Virus record (IMG/VR): IMGVR_UViG_3300017766_002086
Coordinates: 1-40,568 of that record
Source of the DNA: a virus
Lineage: Duplodnaviria > Caudoviricetes
DNA length: 40,568 nucleotides
Reading direction: 5' to 3' (one strand)
Part shown: positions 1-8,032 of the stretch, piece by piece
Numbering within the stretch: position 1 is the stretch's first letter
How the letters are laid out: every line of letters starts with the position of its first letter
Notes under the pieces: model-generated
Told to the model about the DNA's origin: nothing
Seen by the model: the letters and a program-made list of their open reading frames with translations, nothing else
Database searches by the model: none
Made by a program: the position numbers and the translations under genes

Positions 1-338
1 CCGGCCCCCCCTCGTTTTGGTTGCCCGTCCCTTTGGGGGGGGGGGGGGGATGTAGTGAGGAGGGTGTGCCGCCAGCACCACGGACGCACGGCCCGGCGGG
101 ACGGCCTCCCTCGCCCCTCGCCCTGCACACACGACGACACGGAGGGCCTGTGTCACGCGGCGCACGGCCCGCTCCGTGGTGCGGTCGACACACGTGGCCT
201 ACGTGCACGGCCTACCGCCCCCCTGCCAGCTGGGGGGACCTACCGGGGGGTCCGTGCGCTGGTGGCCTACGTGCGCGGCTCCTGCACGGTGCCGCCCTAG
301 CAGCCGGACCGCCCGTGGCACGGCTGGCGCGTCGAGGC

Positions 339-406
339 CTGTAACACGCCGTGATCGCCGTTAACCACGCTTGAAGCTTGACGCCCCCCGCCGCCCGTGG
401 TAGGTT
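339..406 (+). promoter_or_regulatory. Early promoter element copy 1: CTGTAACAC..GTTAACCACG upstream block plus sigma70-type promoter
   Basis: TTGACG (378-383), 17 bp spacer, TG-n-TAGGTT (401-406); upstream block conserved at 1293 and 39649. Confidence 0.75.
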
Positions 407-431
407 GGGCCATCGAACAGGAGAGACCCCG

Positions 432-899
432 ATGCAACCGCCCCCCGCCAAGCCCGACGCCGACGCCGACCCGCTCTTCGTCCTCCCCACCCTGCTGGAG
501 CAGATCGGGGAGCTTCGGGACGCCCATCGCGACCTGACCGACCAGAACCGGGCGCTGCACCTGCCCGAGACGTGGACCGACCCGGCGGACTTCGCCGCGT
601 TCCGCGCCACGCTCGAAGCCATCGACTACCACACAAGCCGGGCGGCTGACCGCATCCGGCATGACGAGGCCTTCGCGGACGCCCACGTGCGGCAAGCCCG
701 CATGGCCCTCTGGCGCGCACAGGAGTTGGTGGCCGAACCGCTGACCCCGACCGAACAGGAGGAGGCGTGGCAGGAGGCCCTAGGCATCGCCGGGGATGAA
801 AGCACCAAGGACCGCGCAACCGCCCTGCTCGACGAATGGGGCAAGACCGGGGCGCGGGACGCCATCGCCTACCTGCGCGAAGAAGACCCCGACGCCTGA
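432..899 (+). CDS. Hypothetical early protein, 155 aa, acidic and helical
   Basis: ATG 432 preceded by AGGAG; typical GC3-rich codons; directly downstream of promoter. Confidence 0.8.
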   Translation: MQPPPAKPDADADPLFVLPTLLEQIGELRDAHRDLTDQNRALHLPETWTDPADFAAFRATLEAIDYHTSRAADRIRHDEAFADAHVRQARMALWRAQELVAEPLTPTEQEEAWQEALGIAGDESTKDRATALLDEWGKTGARDAIAYLREEDPDA

Positions 900-902
900 C
901 CG

Positions 903-918
903 TTAACCCGATCTTAAC
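903..918 (+). promoter_or_regulatory. Perfect CtrA-binding consensus
   Basis: TTAA-CCCGATC-TTAAC = TTAA-N7-TTAA(C), intergenic, in a GC-rich genome. Confidence 0.65.
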
Positions 919-956
919 CCCCAAGGGCGCGGGATGCGCCAACAGGAGAGACGACC

Positions 957-1160
957 ATGCAGACCCCCCGACTACCCGGCCTTTGGGCCGTGATGCGCGA
1001 CCTAGCCGAACGGGCCATGTCCATCCGCACCGAACAGGCGACGGTTCCGCCGTCCCGCTACGACCTGACCCTACGGACGACGCGCCGAAGCGTGGTCGAG
1101 GCTCAACGCCTGTCCCGGCGGTTGCACGGGCAGGGCTGGGACGCCCGCCTACCCGGCTAG
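957..1160 (+). CDS. Hypothetical early protein, 67 aa
   Basis: AGGAG RBS upstream of ATG 957. Confidence 0.7.
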   Translation: MQTPRLPGLWAVMRDLAERAMSIRTEQATVPPSRYDLTLRTTRRSVVEAQRLSRRLHGQGWDARLPG

Positions 1161-1292
1161 GGAGCCGCTTCCAGGGCCACGGGCGACCGTGCGTCCCCTC
1201 GTCCAGCGCGCCCCGGTGTGGCATAGGAAGCCCCGCCGGGGCCAGAGGCATGTGCTGGGTTCGGGACGCGGGGGCCGGGCGGCTGTTACAGG

Positions 1293-1360
1293 CTGTAACA
1301 CAGCGTGAACGACGTTAACCACGTTTAGGGCTTGCGGCCCCCCTGCAAGCGTGGTAGTTT
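1293..1360 (+). promoter_or_regulatory. Early promoter element copy 2
   Basis: CTGTAACAC..CGTTAACCACG; TTGCGG (1332-1337)-17bp-TAGTTT (1355-1360) with extended TG; TGTTACA-ggc-TGTAACA palindrome at 1284-1300. Confidence 0.7.
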
Positions 1361-1413
1361 CGGGTTACGGCACCTGACGCCGTGAACGGGCCGAGGCCCA
1401 CAGGAGACACGCC

Positions 1414-2370
1414 ATGACCATCCACGCTAACACCGTCAAGTCCGCCGCCGCCAAGGGCATCGCCCTCACGGAAACGGACACCGCCTACGTCGCCCAACTG
1501 GCCGATGGGCGGACCTTCGTCCAGTCGATGGACGACGCCGAGGCCCCGGCCTTCGCCAAGGCCGTCATCGCCGCTCTGGCCTACGAGGCCGACGGGTTCG
1601 AGGGCATCCTGCCCACCGAGGCCGTTCGCATCGAACAGCTGCGCGACGGGGACGAACCGTCCGACTTCGTGGCCCGGCTGCTGGTCAACGGGAAGCCCGT
1701 CGGCGCGACCGGCGAGTTGGCCCGCGACCCCATCCTCTCGGACCTGATCGCCACGCTCGACGACGAACCCGAGACGCTGGAACAGGTCGCCGGGCTGCGG
1801 TCCGACAGCGACGAAGACGAGGAGGTCGAAACGACCGGCTCCGTCGTCCCCGACGTCTTCAAGAAGCGCTACGCCGAAGCGGGCCACCCCGGCCATTGCG
1901 GCGACTGGCTCGCCGTGCAGCTGAACAGCCTGTGTCAGGTGTCGGACGGCAAGAAGGTGGTCACCGACCTCGACCGGCTGGAGGCCATCGCGAACGCCAA
2001 CGACGTCGCCCCGGACCGGGTTGACCGTCTCGGCACCGCAACGAACGGCTGGCAGGGCCGTTACCGGATGACCGTCCGGAACATGCTGGCCAAGCGCGTG
2101 GCCGACAAGGGCCACCTGTTCGTGCCGGAAGGCTGCGGCGTCAAGGCCGACGAAGAGCGCCAAGCCCCGCTCGACTGGTGCGAGAAGAACCGCACCCGCG
2201 TCAAGGCCAAGGCCCCCGCCAAGGCGGCTGTCGCCAAGGACGAAGGGGCGGGCAAGGCCAGCGCCGCCACCGTCGCCAAGGGCAAGGCCCCGGCTGCTCC
2301 CAAGGCCGACAAGGCCCCCGCCAAGCCCCGCGCCACCAAGGCGGCGAAGAGCGGCGTCACCCCGGCTTGA
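1414..2370 (+). CDS. Hypothetical protein, 318 aa: acidic N-terminal half, GDWLA/GRYRMTVRNML domain, Lys/Ala/Pro-rich tail; paralog of 8657..9307
   Basis: AGGAG RBS; strong codon bias; motifs shared with 8657..9307. Confidence 0.85.
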   Translation: MTIHANTVKSAAAKGIALTETDTAYVAQLADGRTFVQSMDDAEAPAFAKAVIAALAYEADGFEGILPTEAVRIEQLRDGDEPSDFVARLLVNGKPVGATGELARDPILSDLIATLDDEPETLEQVAGLRSDSDEDEEVETTGSVVPDVFKKRYAEAGHPGHCGDWLAVQLNSLCQVSDGKKVVTDLDRLEAIANANDVAPDRVDRLGTATNGWQGRYRMTVRNMLAKRVADKGHLFVPEGCGVKADEERQAPLDWCEKNRTRVKAKAPAKAAVAKDEGAGKASAATVAKGKAPAAPKADKAPAKPRATKAAKSGVTPA

Positions 2371-2379
2371 CCACGGGCA

Positions 2380-2422
2380 GGAGGCCCGCTCCCTCGATAC
2401 GGGGGGCGGGCCTTCGCTTGTT
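2380..2422 (+). terminator. Probable intrinsic terminator
   Basis: GGAGGCCCGCTCCC/GGGGCGGGCCTTC stem followed by a weak T-rich tail. Confidence 0.55.
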
Positions 2423-2433
2423 CCAGGGCTAGC

Positions 2434-2462
2434 TTGACGCCTCGTGCGGCCCGTGCTTAACT
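2434..2462 (+). promoter_or_regulatory. sigma70-type promoter
   Basis: TTGACG-17bp-TTAACT with GTGC before the -10. Confidence 0.55.
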
Positions 2463-2499
2463 GGCTCCGTGGCACACAGGCCACCAGAAGGACCACGAC

Positions 2500-2727
2500 A
2501 GGACAGACTTTCGCCTCCTGCTGCTGACGAACCCGGACGGGAGCATCGCCAGCGCCACCCTGCTCAAACACGACGAGCCGGAACACGACGCCACCACCGG
2601 CATGGACGCCCACACGTTCGGGCGCTATCTGGTCGAACGCTTCACCTCCGACGCCCCGTGTGTCGAGGTTCACCCGCTGGTCGCGCAAGACGACGCGCTG
2701 CACGGCGAAGCCGAGGGGAGGGCCTGA
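2500..2727 (+). pseudogene. Coding-like frame (~75 aa, TDFRLLLLTNPDGSIASATLLKHDEPE...EAEGRA) without a canonical start codon
   Basis: AAGGA RBS followed by AGG where ATG is expected; clean codon bias; stop TGA overlaps the next ATG (2727). Confidence 0.5.
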
Positions 2728-2999
2728 TGGCCAAGGCCGAGGGGGCAGCCCCCAAGCCCGTGATCACCCTGCCCCAGCTGGCAGCCAAGCTTGGCCTTGA
2801 CCGGTCGACGCTGGTTCGGCTGGAGCAGCGGGGCAAGATCACCAAGGCCCCGTTCATCAACCGGCCTTACGTGTGCCGGGTTTACGACGCGGACCTTGAG
2901 AAGAAGGTCACCGCCGAGGTCCAGGCCTATTTCCGCGAGCGCGCGGGGGGCAGGGACCAAATCGACGCGGGTTCCGTGCAGCTGGTGGACAAGCCGTGA
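2727..2999 (+). CDS. MerR/excisionase-like helix-turn-helix DNA-binding protein, 90 aa
   Basis: ITLPQLAAKLGLDRSTLVRLEQRGKI...RVY pattern; GGAGG RBS. Confidence 0.7.
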   Translation: MAKAEGAAPKPVITLPQLAAKLGLDRSTLVRLEQRGKITKAPFINRPYVCRVYDADLEKKVTAEVQAYFRERAGGRDQIDAGSVQLVDKP

Positions 3000-3394
3000 C
3001 CGCCCGGCGCTCGATAGACGCGTTCGGCCCGCTGGAGACACAGGCCTTTTGGGCCATGATGCGCTTTCAGGCGGGAGCCGTCGCCCACCTCAACCGGGAC
3101 GACATGCCCGAGGACATGCGGGAAGCCCGCGACGGGACCTACCGCCTCTCCTTCATCTGCCCGGCCTGTGACGCCGAACACCGGGTGGAAGGCGACTTCG
3201 TTAACATGGCCATGGCCTCGCAGGTCCTCCTGCTTCAAGGCACCAAGTCGGTGGCCATCGAACCGCTGGCCTACGCCCTCGCCATGGACGCCGAAGAGGC
3301 CAACCACATGGTGGAAACCCAGAAGCCCGAGGACGGGGCCGTCATCAACCACGCTATCGACCGCATCTTCGCGGGAGGAGGGAAGAAGCCATGA
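2996..3394 (+). CDS. Hypothetical protein, 132 aa, with CPAC
   Basis: GTGA overlap with the previous stop; codon bias. Confidence 0.7.
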   Translation: MTARRSIDAFGPLETQAFWAMMRFQAGAVAHLNRDDMPEDMREARDGTYRLSFICPACDAEHRVEGDFVNMAMASQVLLLQGTKSVAIEPLAYALAMDAEEANHMVETQKPEDGAVINHAIDRIFAGGGKKP

Positions 3395-3675
3395 GCATCC
3401 ATGACACATTCCAGGAGAAAACCAGCCTCGCCAAGACCTACGCGGAGGATGGAGCGTTTCGGTCCGCCGCCCGTGTTCTGAACCAGTTGGCCGGGGACCT
3501 GATCAAACACGCCGACTGGTGCGACGGGCTGTTGGAAGACGCCATCAACACCGGCACGGGGGCCGCGATGCTGGCGCCCGAGGGCGGGAAGCGGGTCCAG
3601 CTGGCCGACTGCCCCAACAGCGTGACCGGCGGGCAGGAGTTCCCCGACGAACCGCACATCCACGGGGGGCCGTAA
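3391..3675 (+). CDS. Hypothetical protein, 94 aa
   Basis: GGAGG RBS, ATGA overlap. Confidence 0.7.
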   Translation: MSIHDTFQEKTSLAKTYAEDGAFRSAARVLNQLAGDLIKHADWCDGLLEDAINTGTGAAMLAPEGGKRVQLADCPNSVTGGQEFPDEPHIHGGP

Positions 3676-3676
3676 G

Positions 3677-3874
3677 ATGGGGTTCGCTGGCAATCGACCC
3701 ATGATACTGGCTGCAGCCGCCGGGCTTGCCCTGTGCGCCGCCGGTTCGCCCGCCATGGCCTCCCCGGACCCGGTGCAAGAGGACTGGCTGCCCGGCTCTT
3801 CGGGGTCCAAGGTCGTCCACCGCCGGGGCCGGTTCAAGAAGAACGCCCGCAAGCAACGTAAGGGGAAGAAGTGA
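3677..3874 (+). CDS. Small protein with hydrophobic N-terminus and basic C-terminus
   Basis: Follows previous stop by 1 nt; ILAAAAGLALCAAG segment and RRGRFKKNARKQRKGKK tail. Confidence 0.55.
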   Translation: MGFAGNRPMILAAAAGLALCAAGSPAMASPDPVQEDWLPGSSGSKVVHRRGRFKKNARKQRKGKK

Positions 3875-4083
3875 TGTGGCGCGCGATCGGCTTTCACCTG
3901 TGGGGCGGCAAGGACAAGGACGGCTACCGCAAGAACCCCGGCTGCAACCCGGCCCCCGGCCAGCCTGTCTCCGTCGTTCGGCGGGATGGGCTGGTGGTCT
4001 TCCGCTGGTCGAACACGATCGACTGGAAGCGCCGGGGGCAGCCGTCCGATATCGCCAAGTGGCGGTTCATGGAGGACTGCTGA
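3874..4083 (+). CDS. Hypothetical Trp-rich protein, ~69 aa
   Basis: TGATG coupling at both ends. Confidence 0.65.
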   Translation: MWRAIGFHLWGGKDKDGYRKNPGCNPAPGQPVSVVRRDGLVVFRWSNTIDWKRRGQPSDIAKWRFMEDC

Positions 4084-4166
4084 TGGCGTTCCTCCTCATG
4101 TGGGCTTTCGGGTCGGCCGTCTATTTCATCGGATATTGGCGCGGCAAACGCTCCGTGCTACAATAG
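4083..4166 (+). CDS. Predicted single-TM micropeptide, 27 aa (MAFLLMWAFGSAVYFIGYWRGKRSVLQ)
   Basis: GGAGG RBS, TGATG coupling, hydrophobic core plus basic tail. Confidence 0.55.
   Translation: MAFLLMWAFGSAVYFIGYWRGKRSVLQ
4136..4164 (+). promoter_or_regulatory. sigma70-type promoter
   Basis: TTGGCG-17bp-TACAAT with extended TG. Confidence 0.5.
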
Positions 4167-4186
4167 GGGATAGAGGAGACACCCCC

Positions 4187-4525
4187 ATGGACATGAAGCA
4201 ATACTACACCGGCATCTTCTACGACGGCAACGGTTACACCGTCGCGACTGTCACCTTCGAGGACGCCACGCAGTTTGGCCCGCTCGGAAGCGTGGGTCGG
4301 ATGACCGCCGCCCTGAACGAGCAGGGGTTGGAATGGGACGTGATCGCGCTGGTCGCGGTTGCCCCGGAGAGCGGGGGCCTCGTCGCCTTTGGCGAAGCCA
4401 TCGCGGACGACAAGCTGTTCGAGCCGTGGGACCCCGAGGGGCAGCCGGTCGAACACCCGATGGCGGATATCTTCTTCCGCGCGGACGGGTCGGCCATCGT
4501 CCAAACCAAGCCGCCGGTCGAGTAG
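4187..4525 (+). CDS. Hypothetical acidic protein, 112 aa
   Basis: GAGGAG RBS before ATG 4187. Confidence 0.75.
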   Translation: MDMKQYYTGIFYDGNGYTVATVTFEDATQFGPLGSVGRMTAALNEQGLEWDVIALVAVAPESGGLVAFGEAIADDKLFEPWDPEGQPVEHPMADIFFRADGSAIVQTKPPVE

Positions 4526-4840
4526 ATGCCGTTCCTTACGCGCGAGGAGGGAGACAAAGCCCGTGCAGCAGGGTTACAGGTGGTCGCTCTGCCCTCCTCG
4601 CCCCCGGACGGGCTTGTCCACTACGCCAGCACGAAGCGGCACTTCATGTGCGACCCGCCATCCAGTCACAACAAGACCGGTTCCCCGGATTGGTCGCGCG
4701 TCACCTGCCCCGAATGCTTGGGCATGGGGCGGCGGACCGTCCGCATCGACAAGGCCGGGAACAAGATCGAGGTGATCAAGGACCTCACCAAGCCCCGCAA
4801 TCAGGAGGAAGCCGATGCGCCTACCAACGTGGATACCTAA
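4526..4840 (+). CDS. Small putative zinc-finger protein, 104 aa
   Basis: H...C...VTCPEC pattern; TAGATG coupling. Confidence 0.65.
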   Translation: MPFLTREEGDKARAAGLQVVALPSSPPDGLVHYASTKRHFMCDPPSSHNKTGSPDWSRVTCPECLGMGRRTVRIDKAGNKIEVIKDLTKPRNQEEADAPTNVDT

Positions 4841-4982
4841 GATATCCCGGCCCTGGAACCCGGCCTACGGCCCCGTGTGGGACAAAATGTCCGACAACGA
4901 AAAGCGTTGGTCGTGGCTGTTCGACGCTTTCGTGGTGGTCGTCGCCCTGTCCGTGTTGGCTTGGGCCAATGGCCACTCTTAG
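4815..4982 (+). CDS. Small membrane protein, 55 aa (MRLPTWIPKISRPWNPAYGPVWDKMSDNEKRWSWLFDAFVVVVALSVLAWANGHS)
   Basis: AGGAGG RBS; C-terminal TM helix; not in the ORF track (below its length cutoff). Confidence 0.55.
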   Translation: MRLPTWIPKISRPWNPAYGPVWDKMSDNEKRWSWLFDAFVVVVALSVLAWANGHS

Positions 4983-5214
4983 CCTTGAGCGTGTCGGTGA
5001 GGACGACCATTGCGGCTGCAGGGTCGAGGAATACCTGATCAACGGCATTGACCTTCACGTCCATTATGAAGATGGCCGGGCTGACGCCTACCTAGATTGG
5101 GGCGACGAGGGCCAGTTGGAAATGCCCAGCCGCATGGCGGTCCGTGTCCCGGCCCCCAGCTTGTATCAGCAGCGGCTGGCCGTTCTTCGGTGGGCGAAGG
5201 AAATGACACAGTGA
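4969..5214 (+). CDS. Hypothetical protein, 81 aa
   Basis: In-frame ATG at 4969; fills the gap in the operon. Confidence 0.55.
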   Translation: MATLSLERVGEDDHCGCRVEEYLINGIDLHVHYEDGRADAYLDWGDEGQLEMPSRMAVRVPAPSLYQQRLAVLRWAKEMTQ

Positions 5215-5288
5215 CTTACGTTCTGATCGCGCTGGCCGTGATCTTCGTTGCGAAGGTGACCCGCAGGAAGGGTCCCCCTTCGATCTAA
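5211..5288 (+). CDS. Predicted single-TM micropeptide, 25 aa (MTYVLIALAVIFVAKVTRRKGPPSI)
   Basis: GTGA coupling, AAGGA upstream, hydrophobic core plus basic tail. Confidence 0.45.
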   Translation: MTYVLIALAVIFVAKVTRRKGPPSI

Positions 5289-5299
5289 ACTGCGACCCC

Positions 5300-5329
5300 T
5301 TGACCGGCACCGTAGTGGGCTGGTAGTAT
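5300..5329 (+). promoter_or_regulatory. sigma70-type promoter for the primase operon
   Basis: TTGACC-18bp-TAGTAT with extended TG. Confidence 0.5.
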
Positions 5330-5354
5330 GGTGGCTCGCGTCGGTGGAGTTGAC

Positions 5355-5564
5355 ATGGCCAAGAAACCCGTAATGCAGGTGGTGCGCTTCATCCACCTTG
5401 GCGTCTTGCACGAGGGCCAGCTTCGCACGGCATGCGCGCCCCGCAAGCAGATGCAGATGACCGGCGATATCAACAAGGTCACGTGTCACGTCTGCAACGC
5501 AGAGTTGGCCAAGTTCTTCGCGTTCATGGAGGACAAGAAGGCCAAGGGTCAGCTGCCGAAATGA
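5355..5564 (+). CDS. Small putative zinc-finger protein, 69 aa
   Basis: GGAG RBS; H...C...VTCHVC pattern like 4526..4840. Confidence 0.65.
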   Translation: MAKKPVMQVVRFIHLGVLHEGQLRTACAPRKQMQMTGDINKVTCHVCNAELAKFFAFMEDKKAKGQLPK

Positions 5565-8032
5565 CCAAGACGCGCAGGGAAATCGACCACCGGGCCGTCA
5601 CGCTCAAGTTCCTGAAATCGACGGGGCTTATCCCGGTCAAGATCAGGCCGGGGCAGAAGGACGCGTTCCCCGAGTGGGACCCGCGCCGGGCCGGGCAAGA
5701 GGACCACACCGGCACCCTTGCGCTGCTGGAGAACGAACCCTCCCTGAACATCGCCGCCCTGATGACGGGCCGGTATGTCGACATTGACATTGACTGCACC
5801 AGCATCCTCCTCAAGGACGCCCTGCACTACTTCCTCCCCCGGACCCCCTACGTGTTCGGGCGCAAGTCGAAGCCGAGGAGCCACCGCATCTACGCGCTGC
5901 ACGAGGACTTCGACCGGGGGCCGTGGTCCGGCGTTCTCCGCTACATCAAGAACCTCAAGCCCGGCGTCATTGACGACGAAAGCTACAGCATCGAGGTCCG
6001 TGGCGGGAAGGCAGAGAACGGCCTCTACACAGTCTTGCCCGGCTCCCGCCGGTCGGACGTCAACGAGAACATAGAGTGGGACCACGAGATTGACCCCACC
6101 GTCGGAGGGGCTTATGTCAAGATCGAAGCGCTTATCAAGGCGGTCCGCCTTTCAATCGTTGTTGCGGCTATTGCCCCCCATTGGGTCGAAGGCGTCCGCA
6201 ACGATATGTCCCTCGCCCTCGCCGGGACCCTTTGGCGTATTCGGACCAGCACCCTCGCAGCTTTCGGCCTTGAGCCTGACGACGAAGCGCCAGCGGGCTA
6301 TTACGTCCTCACCGAAGACGACGCGAAGGCCATCGTTGGGCTGATCTGCGATCTGGCCGGGGACGCCCCCACCGACAAGCGCGACCGGCTCACGAACCTC
6401 AAGAACACGTGGCAGAAGCTGGACGGCGAGACGGGCGCGAAGGTGACCGGCGGGAAGGTCCTGGCCGAGTTGATCGGGGGCGACGTCGGCCCGAAGGTCG
6501 TCAAGTCCCTCTACCGTCTCCTGTCCGACAACGACGCCGCCGAGGCCATCGAGAAGATGGCGGAGCAGTTCGTAATGTGGTATGGGCCGGGTGTCATCCT
6601 CGACCTTGAGCAGGTTAAGGCGGGCCGGATTACGCCGTGGATGACGAAGGAACAGGCCACCAACTCGCTAGGCGGGAAGAAGCTGGCTATCGGGGACAAG
6701 AAAATCCCCATCGCTAACATGCTGTTCGGCTCCAGCATCATCAACCGGGTGATGGGCCTCACGTTCGACCCGTCGCAGGAAGAGTTGGTGGTCCAGACGC
6801 CCGAGGGGCTGATGGTCAACCAGTGGCGAGGGTGGGGGACGGTTCCCGCAGGGCAGCGGGTTACGAAGGAAGAAATCGAGCCGTTCTACGACTACGTGCT
6901 CAACATCGTGGCCGATGGCGTTCAGGAGCGGGCCGAATGGGTCTTCGCGTGGATGGCCGACATGTTGCAGCAGCCCCATAAGAAGCCGGGGACCGCGCTG
7001 GTGTTGGTCGGGGTGCAGGGGGCCGGTAAGACGTTCTTGGGGGAGCATATCCTTGGGAAGATCGTCGGCCCGAGCCACTACGGCCAAATCAACAGCATCG
7101 AGCAGCTGACGTCGAAGTTCAACACCGGCATCGACAACAAGGTCTTCCTCCAGTGCGACGAGGCCGTGCACTCGTATCAGAGGGACGTCGCGTCCCGGCT
7201 GAAAAGCATCATCAGCGACGGGACCCTCGTTATCGAGCCGAAGGGCATCAACAGCTACCGCAAGCCGAACCACCTGCACCTGCTGTTCACGTCGAACGAC
7301 GAGACGACCGCCATCTTCATCGACCCCTCCCCCTACGAGCGCCGGTTCACGGTGCTGAAAGTCAGCGCAGCCAAGGCGCAAGACCTCGACTACTGGTCCT
7401 TCATGCACCTGTGGACCCCTACCGCGCTCCCGAAGATCATGCGCTGGCTGATGGACTACAAGTATGACCGGACGCTGGTTTCCAGGCCCATCCTGACCGA
7501 GGCCAAGCAGGACGTGCAGCGGGTCGGCGTGGATGCGGAAGTGTCGTGGATACTGTCCCGCATGGCGTCCGGGTTCGCTCTCGGCAAGCGCAGCCACCGC
7601 AACTGGTTCGACGCGTTCCACACGGAACACATCACCGAAGCGGACAAGAAGAACAACGTGCTGGTGCGGGACGTCTGGCCCGACCGCATCCAAATCTCCG
7701 TGCTGGAGGAGGACTTCAAGAACTACATTCGGGAGCATGGCCGCACGGTCTATTCCGGGTCGGTCCTCACCAACATGAAGCGCGTCTTCCCCAAGGACGG
7801 CATCAAGGCCGTGGCTCAAATGTCGGTCCGGGTGGTCGACCAGAAGTCCGGTCAAGCGGTGGTTGAACGGGTGCGGCTGCACTCCCTCCCCTCGATGCAG
7901 GATATCATGACCCACCTCTTCGCCAGATACGGCCCGGTGGTCAACAGCATGTTCGAAGACCTGAAACAGGGAACCCAGCAGGAGGACCTGCCAGAGTTGG
8001 CTGCACCCCCTCACGAAGAGGAGGAATTCTGA
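5561..8032 (+). CDS. Bifunctional primase-polymerase (AEP/Prim-Pol) fused to SF3/DUF5906-type helicase, 823 aa
   Basis: N-terminal DIDID and HRIY motifs; Walker A GVQGAGKT, Walker B LQCDE, FTSN sensor, ERRF; ATGA overlap at 5561. Confidence 0.85.
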   Translation: MTKTRREIDHRAVTLKFLKSTGLIPVKIRPGQKDAFPEWDPRRAGQEDHTGTLALLENEPSLNIAALMTGRYVDIDIDCTSILLKDALHYFLPRTPYVFGRKSKPRSHRIYALHEDFDRGPWSGVLRYIKNLKPGVIDDESYSIEVRGGKAENGLYTVLPGSRRSDVNENIEWDHEIDPTVGGAYVKIEALIKAVRLSIVVAAIAPHWVEGVRNDMSLALAGTLWRIRTSTLAAFGLEPDDEAPAGYYVLTEDDAKAIVGLICDLAGDAPTDKRDRLTNLKNTWQKLDGETGAKVTGGKVLAELIGGDVGPKVVKSLYRLLSDNDAAEAIEKMAEQFVMWYGPGVILDLEQVKAGRITPWMTKEQATNSLGGKKLAIGDKKIPIANMLFGSSIINRVMGLTFDPSQEELVVQTPEGLMVNQWRGWGTVPAGQRVTKEEIEPFYDYVLNIVADGVQERAEWVFAWMADMLQQPHKKPGTALVLVGVQGAGKTFLGEHILGKIVGPSHYGQINSIEQLTSKFNTGIDNKVFLQCDEAVHSYQRDVASRLKSIISDGTLVIEPKGINSYRKPNHLHLLFTSNDETTAIFIDPSPYERRFTVLKVSAAKAQDLDYWSFMHLWTPTALPKIMRWLMDYKYDRTLVSRPILTEAKQDVQRVGVDAEVSWILSRMASGFALGKRSHRNWFDAFHTEHITEADKKNNVLVRDVWPDRIQISVLEEDFKNYIREHGRTVYSGSVLTNMKRVFPKDGIKAVAQMSVRVVDQKSGQAVVERVRLHSLPSMQDIMTHLFARYGPVVNSMFEDLKQGTQQEDLPELAAPPHEEEEF

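Noticed and set aside
339-1360. CRISPR-like array from the repeated CTGTAACAC..GTTAACCACG units
   Set aside because: Only three dispersed copies, separated by whole genes and tied to promoters; no spacers or cas genes
2727-2999. Excisionase/lysogeny module
   Set aside because: HTH present, but no integrase, repressor or att-like context was found
5432-5560. Upstream starts given by the ORF track for primase (5432), polymerase (11441), Rz (19943) and mazZ (15576)
   Set aside because: The extensions overlap real upstream genes; downstream starts with RBS or stop-start coupling fit better
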